NCBI GenBank assembly: GCA_905331295.1
Contig: CAJNYD010000048.1
Span: 1 to 64,000 of the forward strand
Source of the DNA: Rotaria socialis
Taxonomy: Eukaryota
DNA: 64,000 nucleotides
Direction of reading: 5' to 3'
Notes under the pieces: model-generated
Seen by the model: the letters and a program-made list of their open reading frames with translations, nothing else
Database searches by the model: none
What the model was told of the DNA's origin: nothing
Made by a program: the position numbers and the translations under genes
Shown here: piece by piece, positions 27,707 to 41,462 of the stretch
How the letters are laid out: every line of letters starts with the position of its first letter
How positions within the stretch are numbered: position 1 is the stretch's first letter

Positions 27707-29923
27707 TCAAGACAAGTTCGCCGTTTTCAAACCATCTTCGATAATGGCTATTAAACGTTGAGCTTCAGTTGATTCTGGTACTTCGTTTTCATAGACGTTA
27801 CCGAATACGACAACTCGAAGTAAACTTACAGCTTCTAAAAGAGAAACCAAGAAAATATATTATTTGTTTTGTTCTAAAAAAATATAAATTTTCTTACCAT
27901 AGTATTCTTCTGGTATTTCAACCATATATACTTCGAATGTAACGAGAAAAAGAAGTAATGCTTGTTTCAACATTCCTTGACCTGTGGCTAATTCACAAAG
28001 TGGTTTTCGACCATAGAAAAGAAAATACGACGATGTTCCATTAACGAAGTCCATTACAGTTAATCGTAAATGACTACTATCATCTGTTTCTTTATCACTT
28101 CCTTTGGTACTGTCAGTCTGAAAAGAAAGAGCAAAATTTTCCGATTTCTATAATAACATCATTGTAATTCATAAGCAGATCTGAGTAGAATTAGAAAAAG
28201 TCTAAGTAGATTGGCTACTGTGTTCAAAGATTTCTTCGAAAAAATTCGAAAGTTGTTTTATAGTTGTGTCTTTATTTTAGGGAGCTCTTACTTGTTTATT
28301 TTGTATAATAAAATTACAATTTAATGCTCTACATAATTGCATTAAACATAAACGATATGTTAAATCCATATTTTCTCGTTTTCTTATTGTAAAATGCTTT
28401 GTTAATATATCAAGTACAAGACCAATTGTTTTACTGAACGACGAAATATGTCTACCGCGTAGAAGACCATATTCACCAGTTAACTAAAAAACAAACTTAT
28501 TTCTTATTTAGGAAATAAGAAAAAATTCTTACAAATTCTTTTCCAGCCATAAATGGTAATTCTTGTAAAATGCCATAGAGATTAAGATCAGCATTATTAC
28601 TCAACCATTCACGGCGTCTCGTATGTGTTTTTGATAGATATTGTTTGTATAGTGTTGAATATTGTACTTGACCTTGAATTTGACGAAGTTTTGCAGTTAT
28701 TGCATCATAATACGCATCATCTTGAAATTAAAAAATGTTGTTTTTTTCTCATCTTTTATTTACAACTTATCTACTTACTATTTTGATGTATTCGATTATC
28801 ATTTTTTTCAATTCGACCTGATTTAGCCCGAATTTTTTGACGCATATTACGCATTTTGATCGATAATTTACGACAGAGTAAAGCCTAAATAATAATTTAT
28901 AATTATTAATATTTCTAAAGCAGTACTTCTTACTTCAGGTTTAAGATGATTGCCTTTTTCAGCTAGACAAGGATATTTTTTAATTAAAGCTAAACCAATT
29001 TTACGATATTCTCGACCCGTTTTTAATTGTGGATAAGTTTTCATGAAAAATTCTGCTGTTTCATTGATAAATTCTTGTAATACTTGAGCTGCTTGACCAT
29101 TTTCTAAGCAAGCTTGAACACGTTCTGATAGTTCAGGTAATTGTGGCGGATGTGGAATAGGTGCATAACAACGAACACGACCACCACTGCGAGACACAGG
29201 TGTCATTGCACTACCACTTTCTTCATCTTCACCCATTAAACTCATATTAGGTGTATATAATGTACCACGCTATTTAATATAACAGATAAAGAAAGTTTTA
29301 CGAGAAAGAAATCTAGATGAATAACATACTCGTTCGGAGACTGGCATCCATTCGGGATCTTCAAATTGAATCTATAGAAATAGTTTTATTATAAACTGAC
29401 TTTAATACGAATTATAAACTCTTACATCGGCAAATTCATCTTCACTTTTTAATCCATACTCCATTGAATCATTGGGTTCAAGTTTTGTCATTCGACTCAC
29501 TGTTCCAAAACGTCTTTTACCATCTAATTTTGGTCGTTTAAGATAACTATTTCGACGATGAGTATCATCATCGTCGTCATCGGATGATGCTTCATCAATA
29601 TCATTATTTGTTCGTATGGTTGTTGTATTCGATGATGAAAGAAGTCCACTTGTTGCAGTTGAACTTTTCGTATTCGTTGGTGTGGAATGAATTTTTCTTA
29701 TATGAATTTTAAATCGAGCTACAGATGGAAATGCTTCATCGCATCCATCGACTGGACATGCAACTTCAACTTCTTCATCACGATGTCGAATATCCAAATG
29801 TTCAACATAAGCTTGAAGACTTCGAGGATATATATTACATATTGTACAATGGAGCACACGTTGTGTTGATGACGATGTCGATGGACTATTGTAATCGACA
29901 AGATTTACACGATTTAATGACAT
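27707..29923 (-). CDS. C2H2 zinc-finger protein with a SAMD3-like C-terminal region
   Basis: CTIC...HLDIRH and CPVDGC...HIRKIH fingers; later exons carry EYRKIGLALIKKYPCL and KQALLLFLVTFEVYMVEIP. TGA at 27707-27709; the ATG is directly preceded by a splice acceptor. Confidence 0.75.
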
Positions 29924-30512
29924 CTAAAATAGGAGAAAACAATCATTCGCGCATTTTCAAAAAGCTTCTTTTCTTGGCCGCATTAATGGTTTCAATATAG
30001 GATAATTTTGTATGGAAAACAAAAAAACTAAGCATCTATGCTTCATAATAGAGGATGCATAAGTGCGCACACAATGGATGCACTATTATAACCGACAGAA
30101 GAATCAACCAATAGAAAATAATGATTTTTAGTTTTAGTGACATCTGACGATTATTTCTATCATTGGAGAAATGTAATACCGAACTAGCTTGACGACATAG
30201 AGAAACGATGAATCATGATGAAGAGGATTAATAGGTTTCTTTTTGAGCTGTAAGAATTTTGAGCATATTGTTTACTAACTTGTTCTTTTCCTCCTTAGTT
30301 CAATTGAAATAAGCGATAGAGAAAAGAGTATTATTTAGCTCGGTGATTTATTAAATATAGAATATTACTAGACTAGACATTAACGAAATAATAATATAGA
30401 TATTATTAGTAATTTGTATGAATAGTTGATTGAAAACTAAGATTTTCAAGGTATAGAAATTGATTTATATTTGAAATTGTAACAAAGATGATTGATTGTT
30501 TTCTAAATTTAG

Positions 30513-31436
30513 ATGTCTACCGTTGTTGAAGAAGAAACATCTAGTACAACAAATGATGTTGAGCCAACAGTAAAAGTTTCTAAAAATCAACAACGAAAAC
30601 AAAAACGCTATGAATTAATGCTTGAACGACGTAAATCCAAACGAAAAGAAGAAAAAGCTAAACAAAAACAACGTCGTATTGATAAAATAAGAAAAGCTGA
30701 AGATCCATCTCTTCTTACTCGCCATGGTCTTAAATCCAATCGTATGGAAAATTCTTCATGTCGCATACGAATTTGTATTGACTGTCGGTACGATTCAATG
30801 ATGAGCGATAAAGATGTTGGTAGTTTACAAAAACAAATTGCTTTTTGTTATTCAGCAAATCGTCGTGCATTAGCACCATGTCAATTCTACATCACTAATA
30901 TTGATGGTCAATTAGATAAACGTCTCGAAAAGAATAGTGCAAAAAATTGGGATATCCATCTACGAAACGAACCATTAGAACAAGTCTTTCCTCACGAAGA
31001 TATACTGTATTTAACAAGTGAATCAGAAAATGTTCTAAGTAGTACAGAACCACTCGATGAACGAACTGTTTATGTTATTGGTGGTATTGTCGATCATAAT
31101 TCTCGGAAAGGTTTATGTTATCAACTAGCTTTACAACATAAATGGCGACATGCACGTTTACCCATAGATGAATTTATTAAAATGAATACACGCCGTGTAC
31201 TAGCTTGTAATCATGTGATGGAAATACTTCTAAATTATATTCAATTGAAAGATTGGAAAAATGCTTTCGAAGAAAATATACCAAAACGAAAACAAGAAAT
31301 ACAAGCAAACTCAGATAATGATATACCACAAATTGTTTCGCCTGAACATCCAGAAGAACCGAAATCATGTGCTGAAGTTCATGAACGGCGAGAAGAAGTT
31401 GCTGAAGCAGAAGATTCTCCTTCTATTGCTTTATAA
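30513..31436 (+). CDS. TRMT10A: tRNA m1G9 methyltransferase Trm10 homolog A
   Basis: Uninterrupted 307-aa ORF with ICIDC.YDSMM, QIAFCYSANRRA, YLTSESEN, VYVIGGIVDHN, ARLPIDEFI and RVLACNHVMEIL. Confidence 0.95.
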   Translation: MSTVVEEETSSTTNDVEPTVKVSKNQQRKQKRYELMLERRKSKRKEEKAKQKQRRIDKIRKAEDPSLLTRHGLKSNRMENSSCRIRICIDCRYDSMMSDKDVGSLQKQIAFCYSANRRALAPCQFYITNIDGQLDKRLEKNSAKNWDIHLRNEPLEQVFPHEDILYLTSESENVLSSTEPLDERTVYVIGGIVDHNSRKGLCYQLALQHKWRHARLPIDEFIKMNTRRVLACNHVMEILLNYIQLKDWKNAFEENIPKRKQEIQANSDNDIPQIVSPEHPEEPKSCAEVHERREEVAEAEDSPSIAL

Positions 31437-31484
31437 TTTTGTTCAATGATAACTTTTGCTGTTTTCATGTTATTCTAGATATAA

Positions 31485-34400
31485 ATGGCGTCGTCTGCTA
31501 GACGCCATCCGCCTCTTCGACCTTCGTCATCAACGAATCGAACCGCTCGAGAAGTTGAAAAACGAGTTAATACTCCTGGTCTTTCCAGTGATATCAACGA
31601 CGAGGAATTCGGAATAGCTAGTGGTAAACCAGTACCACGTAGTTATTTACTTAAACTAATTAAAAGGTCTCATATGAATGGTATACTTAATTTAGCATCA
31701 CGTGGTTTAACTGAAGGTGAACGATCAGCTTATTAAAATATGTCTAAATTCTTTTTCATTTAGTTCCCCCGGAAGTATTTGCAGAAGAAGTTGTTGAAGA
31801 CGAAAATCAACAACGACAAAAAGCTAAAATACCAGATTTTAGCCAAAATACGACAGAAACTTGGTGGAATCGTGAGGCTCTTAAAACACTTGATCTATCA
31901 TCGAACTGTTTAACGACTCTTCCAAACGAAATTGAAACATTAAATTATTTGGTTGTTCTTAATGTATGGATTTTGTTGTCGGTCAATCCATTCATTTTAG
32001 CTTTACTTTATTTAGGTTCACAACAATCAATTAACAACGTTGCCTGACGCCATACGTGGTTTAAGAGCATTAGAAAAACTTGTTGTTAGTCAAAATCAAT
32101 TAACAATATTACCCGATGGTTTTTATTTCTGTGCGTCACTTCTTTCATTGAATCTTTCGCGAAATCGTTTAACAAAATTATCCAATAAAATTGGTCAACT
32201 GTCATATATACAAGAATTAGTCAGTCGTAAATTTTCTTCTATGCTTTTATTGAATTTATATATTTCTACAGGATTTATCGGAAAATGAATTTGAATTATT
32301 TCCAAAAGAAATTGGTTTTTTAACGAAATTAACAAAACTAACAGTTGCAAAAAATCGTCTCCGAGCACTTCCACATGAATTTGGTGCACTCTATAGTACG
32401 TAATTTACATTCAATTGTAATATGATATATTGGAGTATATTTTAATTCAATAGATCTACGATCGCTTGATCTAAGTCATAATCAATTAACGCAATTACCT
32501 GAAAGTTTCGGAGATTTAATTAATCTTGAAGAGATTTATGTGAATGCAAATCGTTTAACAATTTTTCCATGTTTTAATCAATGTTCTCGACTAAAAGTAA
32601 CTGGAAACTTTCATTCAGGCAGGAAAAAATGACGAACTTCATACTTTTATTTTTTTGTTAGGAAATTCATATGGCTGATAATCAGCTCACTGAAATTACT
32701 GATAATCAATTGAAACCACTTTTATCATTAATATCTCTCAATCTTCGTGGCAATAAAATACATACTTTACCAGATCAAATTTCCCTATTACCTAATTTAG
32801 AAAGACTCGATGTTACAAATAACGATCTTTCCGAGTATAGAATTTATAGAATAAAATTTCTAATTAGCTTTTTTTTACGTGAAATTTCTTTTTTCTAGTT
32901 TGCCATCGAAAATTGCATTGAATAAGAAAATAAAAAATATAAGTATGACTGGTAATCCATTGGGAAAAATTCGAAAAGATGTTATTCGCGTAAGAAAAAA
33001 AAGCGTCTAGAGAAATAATAGCTCATTAATTAGATTCTAGCTCGGAACTGACTCTATAATGAAATATCTTCGAAATCGACTAACAATTGATGATGGAACT
33101 GCTAGCAGTACTGATCAGCAAACATTCGACATTCCAAAATCAACGGAAACTGATGACGAAAGAAAACGTCGTTTATATACAGAACATCATGTTGTTCGAA
33201 CTACTGGTACATTTGATTATAGGTAATTATAAGAAAGAAAAACATGACGAAGAAATGATAATTGAATTTTATTTTAGTCATAAGAATGTTTCAACATTAT
33301 CGAATGAATCTATTGAACTCATTATAAAAGAAAAACCATCACATATTAATTTAGCAAAAAATAAATTTACTGAAATGCCTATTGCGTAAGTTATTGGAAC
33401 TCATTTCATTGATTAAGATTGATATATTTCGAAAGATAGTTCATGAATTGATGTAAAGGTGAGATTTTGTAAAGTACATGCATGTAGTTATACCAGAGGG
33501 TGTTGGTTTTTTTTAATAACATATATGTATATGGTGATGGAAACACAATTTAGTTGAATGAATAATTGTTTTATAACTATAAATCCATATAGATTGGTAC
33601 GATTGGCTGAATCTTTGCTTCATTTGGATATGTCTGCGAATGGCTTATTGCAATTGAATTCACAAGTTGGACAACTTAAAGAATTACGTTTTCTTGATTT
33701 GAGGTAGGATCATTCATACGCTATATTTTTAATATAATTTCGTTGATTATTGTAGTACAAATCGTCTAACAGATCTACCATCAGAATTGAGCTCTCTTGA
33801 GCATCTACAAATCATAAATCTATCAATGAATAAGTACGTGGATTACATGAATCCATAATGGAAGTTTTCCGATTGATAAGTTATGTGTGAGTCGAGCTAT
33901 GTGTAATTTCGAGATGTGAATGAACTATGAATACTTTCAGTATATTGCTATGCTTCTATAGTAAAATACGAACATAAAATCGATTGAATCGCAAGAGTGA
34001 TGTAAACAGCCCGAACAATGCGTCGAATTTAAAGCATCGTATAACAGTCGTTCTATCTCTAAGAACCGATAGGATGTGAAATTTTCCTGAGAAGTGTCAC
34101 GGAATATGTTTTTAATGAAAAAAACTATAGAAATACAATGTTTTTTCATATTATTCATAGCTCAGTTCAGTCTAGGAATAATTCACGTAGTCTCGACTCC
34201 ACAACAATTTATCAGTTAAAGAAGCGAAAAATTATGAAATCTATCTATTAGATTTGTTCGATTGCCCTCTGTTCTCTATGAATTAAAACAAATTCAAGAA
34301 ATTCTTGCTAATGATAATCAACTGGTGGAATTAGACCCAAACGGTATCCTGAAAATAACGTCCACTTTGATTACATTCAATGTACGGAATAATAATATTC

Positions 34401-34602
34401 AACGGTTACCTCCTGAATTTAGCAAATGTACACTACTTAAATCTCTTGATGTTGCAGGTCAGTATTTTGCATTGAAAATTGAAAAATTTCTACATTGCTT
34501 TCTTTTTTCTTAGGTAATCCATTTAAAATACCACGACCAGCTACAATAGCCAAAGGTACACAAGCCATATTAGAACATTTACGAAATCAATTAATCGAAT
34601 AA
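31485..34602 (+). CDS. LRRC40: Leucine-rich repeat protein 40
   Basis: LIKRSHMNGILNLASRGLTEVP, WWNREALKTLDLSSN, many LRRs, internal GNPLGKIRKDVIR.GTDSIMKYLRNR and terminal GNPFKIPRPATIAKGTQAILEHLRNQLIE* match LRRC40. Confidence 0.88.
33887..34202. mobile_element. MITE-like element with ~45-bp imperfect TIRs in an LRRC40 intron
   Basis: gtgagtcgagctatgtg...gaactatgaata versus the reverse complement of tattcatagctc...cacgtagtctcgactccac. Confidence 0.6.
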
Positions 34603-34772
34603 TGAACAAATACATAATTCTGTTTTTTTTGTCCAGCGTGTAGTAGTTTGTTCACTTATCTTGTGTGCTTAAAAATAAATGACACGTCTTCAACGATTCT
34701 ACTGCATTTTAAATGCTTAACGGTTACTTTGTTCGCCGTTAGTTCTTAATTGAAGTGTAACGGTCACGGATC

Positions 34773-34782
34773 TATATAAAAG
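34773..34782 (+). promoter_or_regulatory. TATA box of the RRM gene
   Basis: TATATAAAAG about 50 nt upstream of the ATG at 34832. Confidence 0.5.
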
Positions 34783-34831
34783 GAACGTGTTCTGTTCAAT
34801 CTTTTCTCATTATCTATAATCTAAAACAACA

Positions 34832-35490
34832 ATGTTCCGTCATCAACAATCAGCCAAACCATGTCCAAATATTTGTTCGCCTGTACAAGTAAGTTAGTTG
34901 TTTCACTTCGAAGTTCTTGTATGGAAACGGATTTTAGAAAATACATTCAACGCCAATGCGTCTTTGGATTTCAAACATTCCATATTATTGGTCAACCATT
35001 GAACTTGAAAATATATTTTCAGTAGGTTTATTTTTGATGCTACATTAGTTTTGCTTTAATTGTAATTTTTTTCTCATAATGTATAGACATTTGGTCAAGT
35101 CTATGATGTTGAAATACCATTAAAAAATGGCCAATCAAGAGGCTACGGATTTGTAACATTTGAAAAGTATAAGCATTTGATGAACAATCAAAATAAAGAA
35201 AATATGATTTGATCTATATTTCAGACAAGCTGATGCAATACGAGCTATTCAAGCTATGGATGGACAAACAATTAATGGTCGTAGTATGCAAGTAAGTAGT
35301 TGAACGAAACAATACTTAACTATTCATTTACTTTCTCAAGGTATATCAAGCACATGTAAAACAAAAATCTTTATTGAAATCTTATTTTGTGATTCAATCA
35401 CTCGATCGGCCGTTATTTGGTGGATGCTATTGCTGTAAATCGAACAAAATAAATCGTATGAATTATGGTCAAGCACATCAATGTCAATGA
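34832..35490 (+). CDS. Small single-RRM protein, Fox-1/RBFOX-like
   Basis: Five small exons (34832-34888, 34938-35022, 35088-35166, 35225-35291, 35341-35490, approximate) give PMRLWISNIPYYWSTIELENIFSTFGQVYDVEIPLKNGQSRGYGFVTFEKQADAIRAIQAMDGQTINGRSMQV. Absent from the ORF track. Confidence 0.8.
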
Positions 35491-38400
35491 TGAGACATAT
35501 TGTTTGTAAATATTTATTATTTGTTTTGCTTTTTTTTTATTGTACAGCGAACGTAGATGGTGTAACTGAAAATTAAAACTAAGTTATTCTTATTTATCGT
35601 TGTTATTGCATGTGAATTAGGATGAAAACTTGTTTCTGTTTATCTCGTTGTTATTGTTATGTATATGAAGGAAAAAAAACTACGGTTTGAAGTAAATAAA
35701 CCAGATGAAGAAAAACTGAATAAATCAAATTACATTTGCGAATATTGATGATAACAAAGAGTTGGATGTAAGACTGTTTCATTTAGGTTCTTAAATTACG
35801 TACATTGTATGTGCTGAAAAAGAAAATTTATTGAACTAATATTTTAAGTATGATTTTAGTGAGCGCTTTCCATGAGCGGATAATTTGCTATTCTGATTCA
35901 AGTAATGCACTAGAATCATGAAAAACAAAAAGAAAGCTAGTATTTCCATAGCTAACGTGAATCTGAACTGAAAGGTTTTTGATAAAAAAAATGAAATAAG
36001 AAGTTCCGTGCGATTCAGATATTAGTTTTTTAGAATTCGAACATTATTATAAAATTCTACTGGGACTAGATCAGGTTATTGGGTCCATCCTCTTAACCAC
36101 TTTAAGCTAGATATGTTCAGTAGACTTTTGATTTTCTTCATTTAAGACCAATACCGGCTTGTAACAAATCTAAATTATCAAACTAAATATAATTGCCTAG
36201 AACTACAAACGTCTATTGCATCGAGAAAAAAAGAGTATTTTTATTTTTAACTATATTTGTGTGCTGTTATACTGACTAATCATTTTCTAGAATTTCTACT
36301 GTACAATTTTCCTTTTAAATCATTGACTAAATGTGTAAATAATTACTTTTGTTGAGATCACAATCGAAAATCGTCTTGATTTATGATATACATAATGAAC
36401 AACTGATCAATTGCGAATATCCAATGAACTTATCATATTTGTCAATCACACATCTTTGTGAGCCATTCATATTTATTGTACAAACAAACAAGGTATTACT
36501 GCGTATATTTGCACATTTTTCGGACACTTCAATGCGATTGAAAAGAATCAATAGCAGTTCGCCGAAACCAACACTTGATGTTTTTTTTCTCCTTCAAAAT
36601 TGCTGAATTTGTTAGCAAACATTAAAATAGATTCAACATATTTCTTAGAATAAAACTAAAATTCATAGGCTTTCGTTGTTCATAAACTTCTGGGCGAGAT
36701 TTTTTCGGATGATATTCTCAATTCTGTAGTATTGTAGAGAATTTTAAGCATTGAACTCAATGAAAAACTCTGTACACATTTTAATTTTTTGACTTCCGTC
36801 AAAATTTTCCCTTCAATCAATTTTGAGTCAAAAAACAAATTTCAATATTTAGTTGAATAGAGTAAGAAATCTTCGTAGAGATATTTTCATTGCCTTCAGT
36901 GACTTGTAAAGTCAATAATTTTCCTTGTGACATCATTACACATGTGTGACTACACTTTTGCCTGAATCCATATTTCTTTCCTGATCATTTTCATATCTAA
37001 GTCAATAATTTCATGTAGACAAGAAGTGTGAATCGATGACTTATTATGACATTCAATCACTCATATTTGATTCATAAATTTGGTTAATTAGAATTCAAAA
37101 CAATAAACTCGACTCAATCATTCTATGAATACTTAATCAGTATTCGATTCTAAGTTTATATCAATTGTTAAAATCAACGCATAGAATTTCTTTGATGAAC
37201 ACATAATATTAATCTGAAATCTAAAATACGAAAATGAATCTTATGCTCTATTAATAGACTTATAACCGTTGTCTTCCTGTTATCAATAGTGTTAAAAACT
37301 TATATTATTCCTTCTCTTTTTCTTTCGCGATTCACACTTTGATGCTGATGAAAAGATTTGTCAAAAACGAAAGTCATTTTACAATTATATTAGTTCGGAA
37401 AATAAATCATTCTGTCTTGTCTTAATTACTCTCACGTTCCATTATGATGAATTGAACATTATTATTCGTCTCTAAAAAAAAATAGAAAATGTTTCGAACA
37501 CAATTAAGACAAATGAAAAAGTTTATTTCATTCAAGAATATTTTGAAAAGCAACTACAAAACATATACAAAATATGCCATGTAATTATGTTCAAGAAATA
37601 AATTATATACATATTTTCTATATTCATCAAGTAATTGACTTATGTGCTTATGCATCTTATTATGGACTCAAGAAGAAAAAAGTCAACGAGAAAAATTCAT
37701 TTCACTTGTTTCAGAAACTAAGCATTGTCAACAACATTCTTTTCATTTTCATACATTTAAACTTCGATGAGCAATCTGTTTTATGAAACTTATTTTTCCT
37801 ATCACATTTTTTGCTTTATTATAATATAGAAATCATTGGCTCGTAGCATAAACGAACACGCGTAAACGAACTAGCTATAAAATAAAGTTGCGTATCAATT
37901 ATAACATTTTCATGTACATTTATTAACAAAACATTGACCAGTGATGTCATCATCTAAACAATAAAAATAAAATTTGTTTGTTATATAATGGAATCTTTTA
38001 TGAAAACTGAAACGCAAGAACATATTTTGAAAATCATTTTTTTTCCGGATAATTATTTTACCGCGAATAGATTATAAAGCAAACGCTCCTTCGCAAGAAT
38101 AAAAATTGAAATAGATTGCCGCAAAAAAATCAAGTACTGAGTTCAAAAAATTAAACGATTGTTTATTTCATAAACACACACACTAAAGAAGAAATATTTC
38201 ACTGATAAAATATCTCAAGTGATTCAAAAGTGCAATGCAAGCTATTGACTTTTTTTGTACAGAGCTCACAGCATGATAATTGATGAGCTTTATTTACTCG
38301 TTCGTCGCTGTTGATGATAATGTCTCTTATAGATATCTTCTACGTTGTTATTATTGTTATTATTATTATTATTATTGGTCAAGCAAGTTGCATGTGTACA

Positions 38401-41364
38401 TATTAACATAGAAAGCTGAACATTCCATTAAAATGCATACACGCACATGCATACAATTCGTTTTTCTTAATCGAAATTTTGAGTACAAGTGTTAATGTAG
38501 TAGAGCAGATCGAGAAAAGAAAGATTGGCTATCTCAAATGATGAATATCGTCGGCAATGACTGATGTAAGGTGACAAACCCATGATCGCTCTCTTCCTGT
38601 CATCACCTGAAGCCCTGCCGTTTCAATGTTTGATCTTTCGATTTCAATTACAGTTTTGTGCTCATGGGCGCGTGCGACTAGGCACATGCATACATGCATA
38701 GGTATCTATCCACACATTTTTCTTTTGGTTTGCTTCAATTATAAGTCGTCTGTCATTTCTGTTTTGTTGTTGAAAAACGAACCATCATTCTTCGTTGATC
38801 AGATCTTCGAATAAAAGTTCGATTATTCACACCTGTTATAAAGCTACAAGAAGAAAAACGAGGAGAAGGAGAAGAAAATCTCATTTTACAAATTAGAAAG
38901 GAGGTATGAGCGTGATCGAAATCATTAAGAAGTCGCTCATATATACATATTTATTTGATCATTTTTTTTTCTGTGTGTGGACATTGCGTGCCGTTGACGC
39001 AAGTAAACGAAGACGAAAAAAGAAGCATTAACAGGAAATGAATGAATGAGAGAAAACGCAATTCGATCACATCGTTAAAAGTGTATTGACCTTGAGAAAA
39101 CAGCGTGTGAAGAGATCAGATTTTTTTCTAAGCTTTTTTCTAAACATTGAATAGAAGAAAATAAAATAAAATCATTCGTCCTTCATATTGTCTATTTTCA
39201 TTACTGATGAGACTCTGCATGACTCAAAAATATGTTCAACTATTTATTTATCTTTGCACGTATTACATGAAAATTTCCTATGCTTCAATTACTACCCATA
39301 TGCTTGTCATTTCATATCTTAGTTGACACCAAATGCTTATCACACGAACTACCAACTTGTTTTGTTTGCTTTTTCATTCTGTCAAGCTAATCAGAATAAA
39401 TGATCATTAACATAGCAATTAGATATTGACGAAATTCATGTATTGAATTGCTTACGGCATTGATTTTTAGCTAATATTTGATTACATTGATGGGAATTTT
39501 ATTAAAAAAGAAAAAGAATTTCTTTTTCTTGTTCATTTGCATATCTCGTTCAAGTTTATGAAACAGTAATAAAATCAAAATGAACTAAAGATGAAAGCGG
39601 TATCATGAAGTGGAAATAAACTTTCTTGATTGTCCTTCAGTTATTATGTGCAGAGTTATACGTATATTATACATAACGTCTGGTTTTGACAACGAGATTA
39701 GGGAATAGTTGGTCTATGATGATCGACAGCTCCTGCTGTGAATACTTATCGATTGAAAATATCAATTAGACTGGCGAAAAAAAAAACAGTTTGATGTGTT
39801 TTGCTTTTGATTTAAATCATAATATTTAGAAGTTAAGCTTTCCTAATGATCTCCAGAGGGAGATGAACTTTTTTTTGTTGCTTTGTTGGCTTCATACATA
39901 TATATACTTGACCGAATTTATGCCTTGGTTCATGTGTGTTCAATGAAACGTAATGAGGAAACGTTTCGAACGGTCAACCCGAAGAGGAAAAAAGAGAATA
40001 ATGGTTGGCTAAGTGTGACCAAGCGAAAGGCGTATTAGCGTGATTGATATGTCAATCTTTCTATGCCTCTGATCATTCGAGCAACGCAATTTGGCGCGTT
40101 TGAACAAGAAAATAAAAAAGAACACACACACACTTGTCAATCCAAAAGGATGGGGAACGAAAAAAAATTCAAAAGAAAGATATTTTATATCTCTAAATTA
40201 TCCGGAAAAAAAGATTAATTTAAAATTCAAATTTACTTTTCAAATCTTTATCCTCCGGGATAATTTCACATCTCAATCTACACGTCACTAAGCTCTTACA
40301 TATGTTATTACGACTGGCAAATGAGCACGAATAAACCTTATTCTCCAAGGCATTCGCCAATTGCTTTTTGATTATTCGACAAATGAGGAAAATAAAAATA
40401 AAACATTTTTTTTATTGTCACACGCACACATTTAACTCAACTCATGCATTATCTCAAATGACTTTTTTAAAGCTTGTCTACCCTGCTGGCTAATTGCTTC
40501 TAGACGACAAGTCTCTCGCGGCAAATCTTTTTCGTTACGCACATACGCACACACATATGTAAATACGCGAGAAAAACACAAATGCACACTTATTGATAAC
40601 CGCGACTGAACAAGGTGTGTGAATTTACATGTAAGATTACTCAATCGATAATTGGGAATCCCATCTGGGGCGACGATAAAAAAGAAGAAGAAATTTGAAT
40701 GTGCGAAATACAGTAACAGCAGCTCAATCGCTGCAATTCACTATTTACGCTTGATATATTGACTGTTCACATCTCTGTCGGTCAATTTTGCTACTTATGT
40801 AATCAATTTGTTTCATACAGATCAAACTATTATTGGTTTTTCTTTGCCATCGGATGTGATACGGACGAGGAAAAAACTTCTATTTGAATTTAACGACTAC
40901 AAGACAAAACAATAATTCATATAGAATGATTTCCTGTAATATGTTTGCAAAATAAAAATTAATTCTTTTTATGATTTCTATATATCGTATCTAATTGTTC
41001 GATAAGGTCAACTTTTTCGTACTTCTATGTTTTTCTTTTTGTTTTTTGACAATTGATCAATGAAGTGCCATTTTTGACGACTAATTGATCAGTAGTTTCG
41101 TTCATGGTTCTTTTTTTTCTTTAATACGAAAAGTTGTCAGGTAGCTAAGAACATCTGTTTTGTCCAATGACCGATAGTTAATCCCAGATAGCTCTCTCTC
41201 TCTTGAACAACGGTCAACAAATGACGTAAGTAAACCAATCGGTTTCTTTAAAGAAATTATGTCAATGTTTAACGATATTGGGTTGGTTGAATTTCGTAAT
41301 CGAAAAGAGGAAAACGGGCGGTGGCGAGACGATGAACACGTAATCTCAAGGTCAAGGTGGAACG

Positions 41365-41462
41365 AGAGAGAGAGAGAGAGAAACAGGGAAGGAAAATTGT
41401 TATTTTCGTTTTCCTCTGCTTTTTCTCTTTTTCGTCTTCTCCCTCCCTCTCTCTCTCTCTCT
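41365..41462. promoter_or_regulatory. (GA)n and (CT)n tracts in inverted orientation upstream of the bZIP gene
   Basis: gagagagagagagagag at ~41365-41380 and ctctctctctctctct at ~41447-41462, just upstream of the inferred non-coding first exon (donor gtaagt at 41651, acceptor at 41810). Confidence 0.45.
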
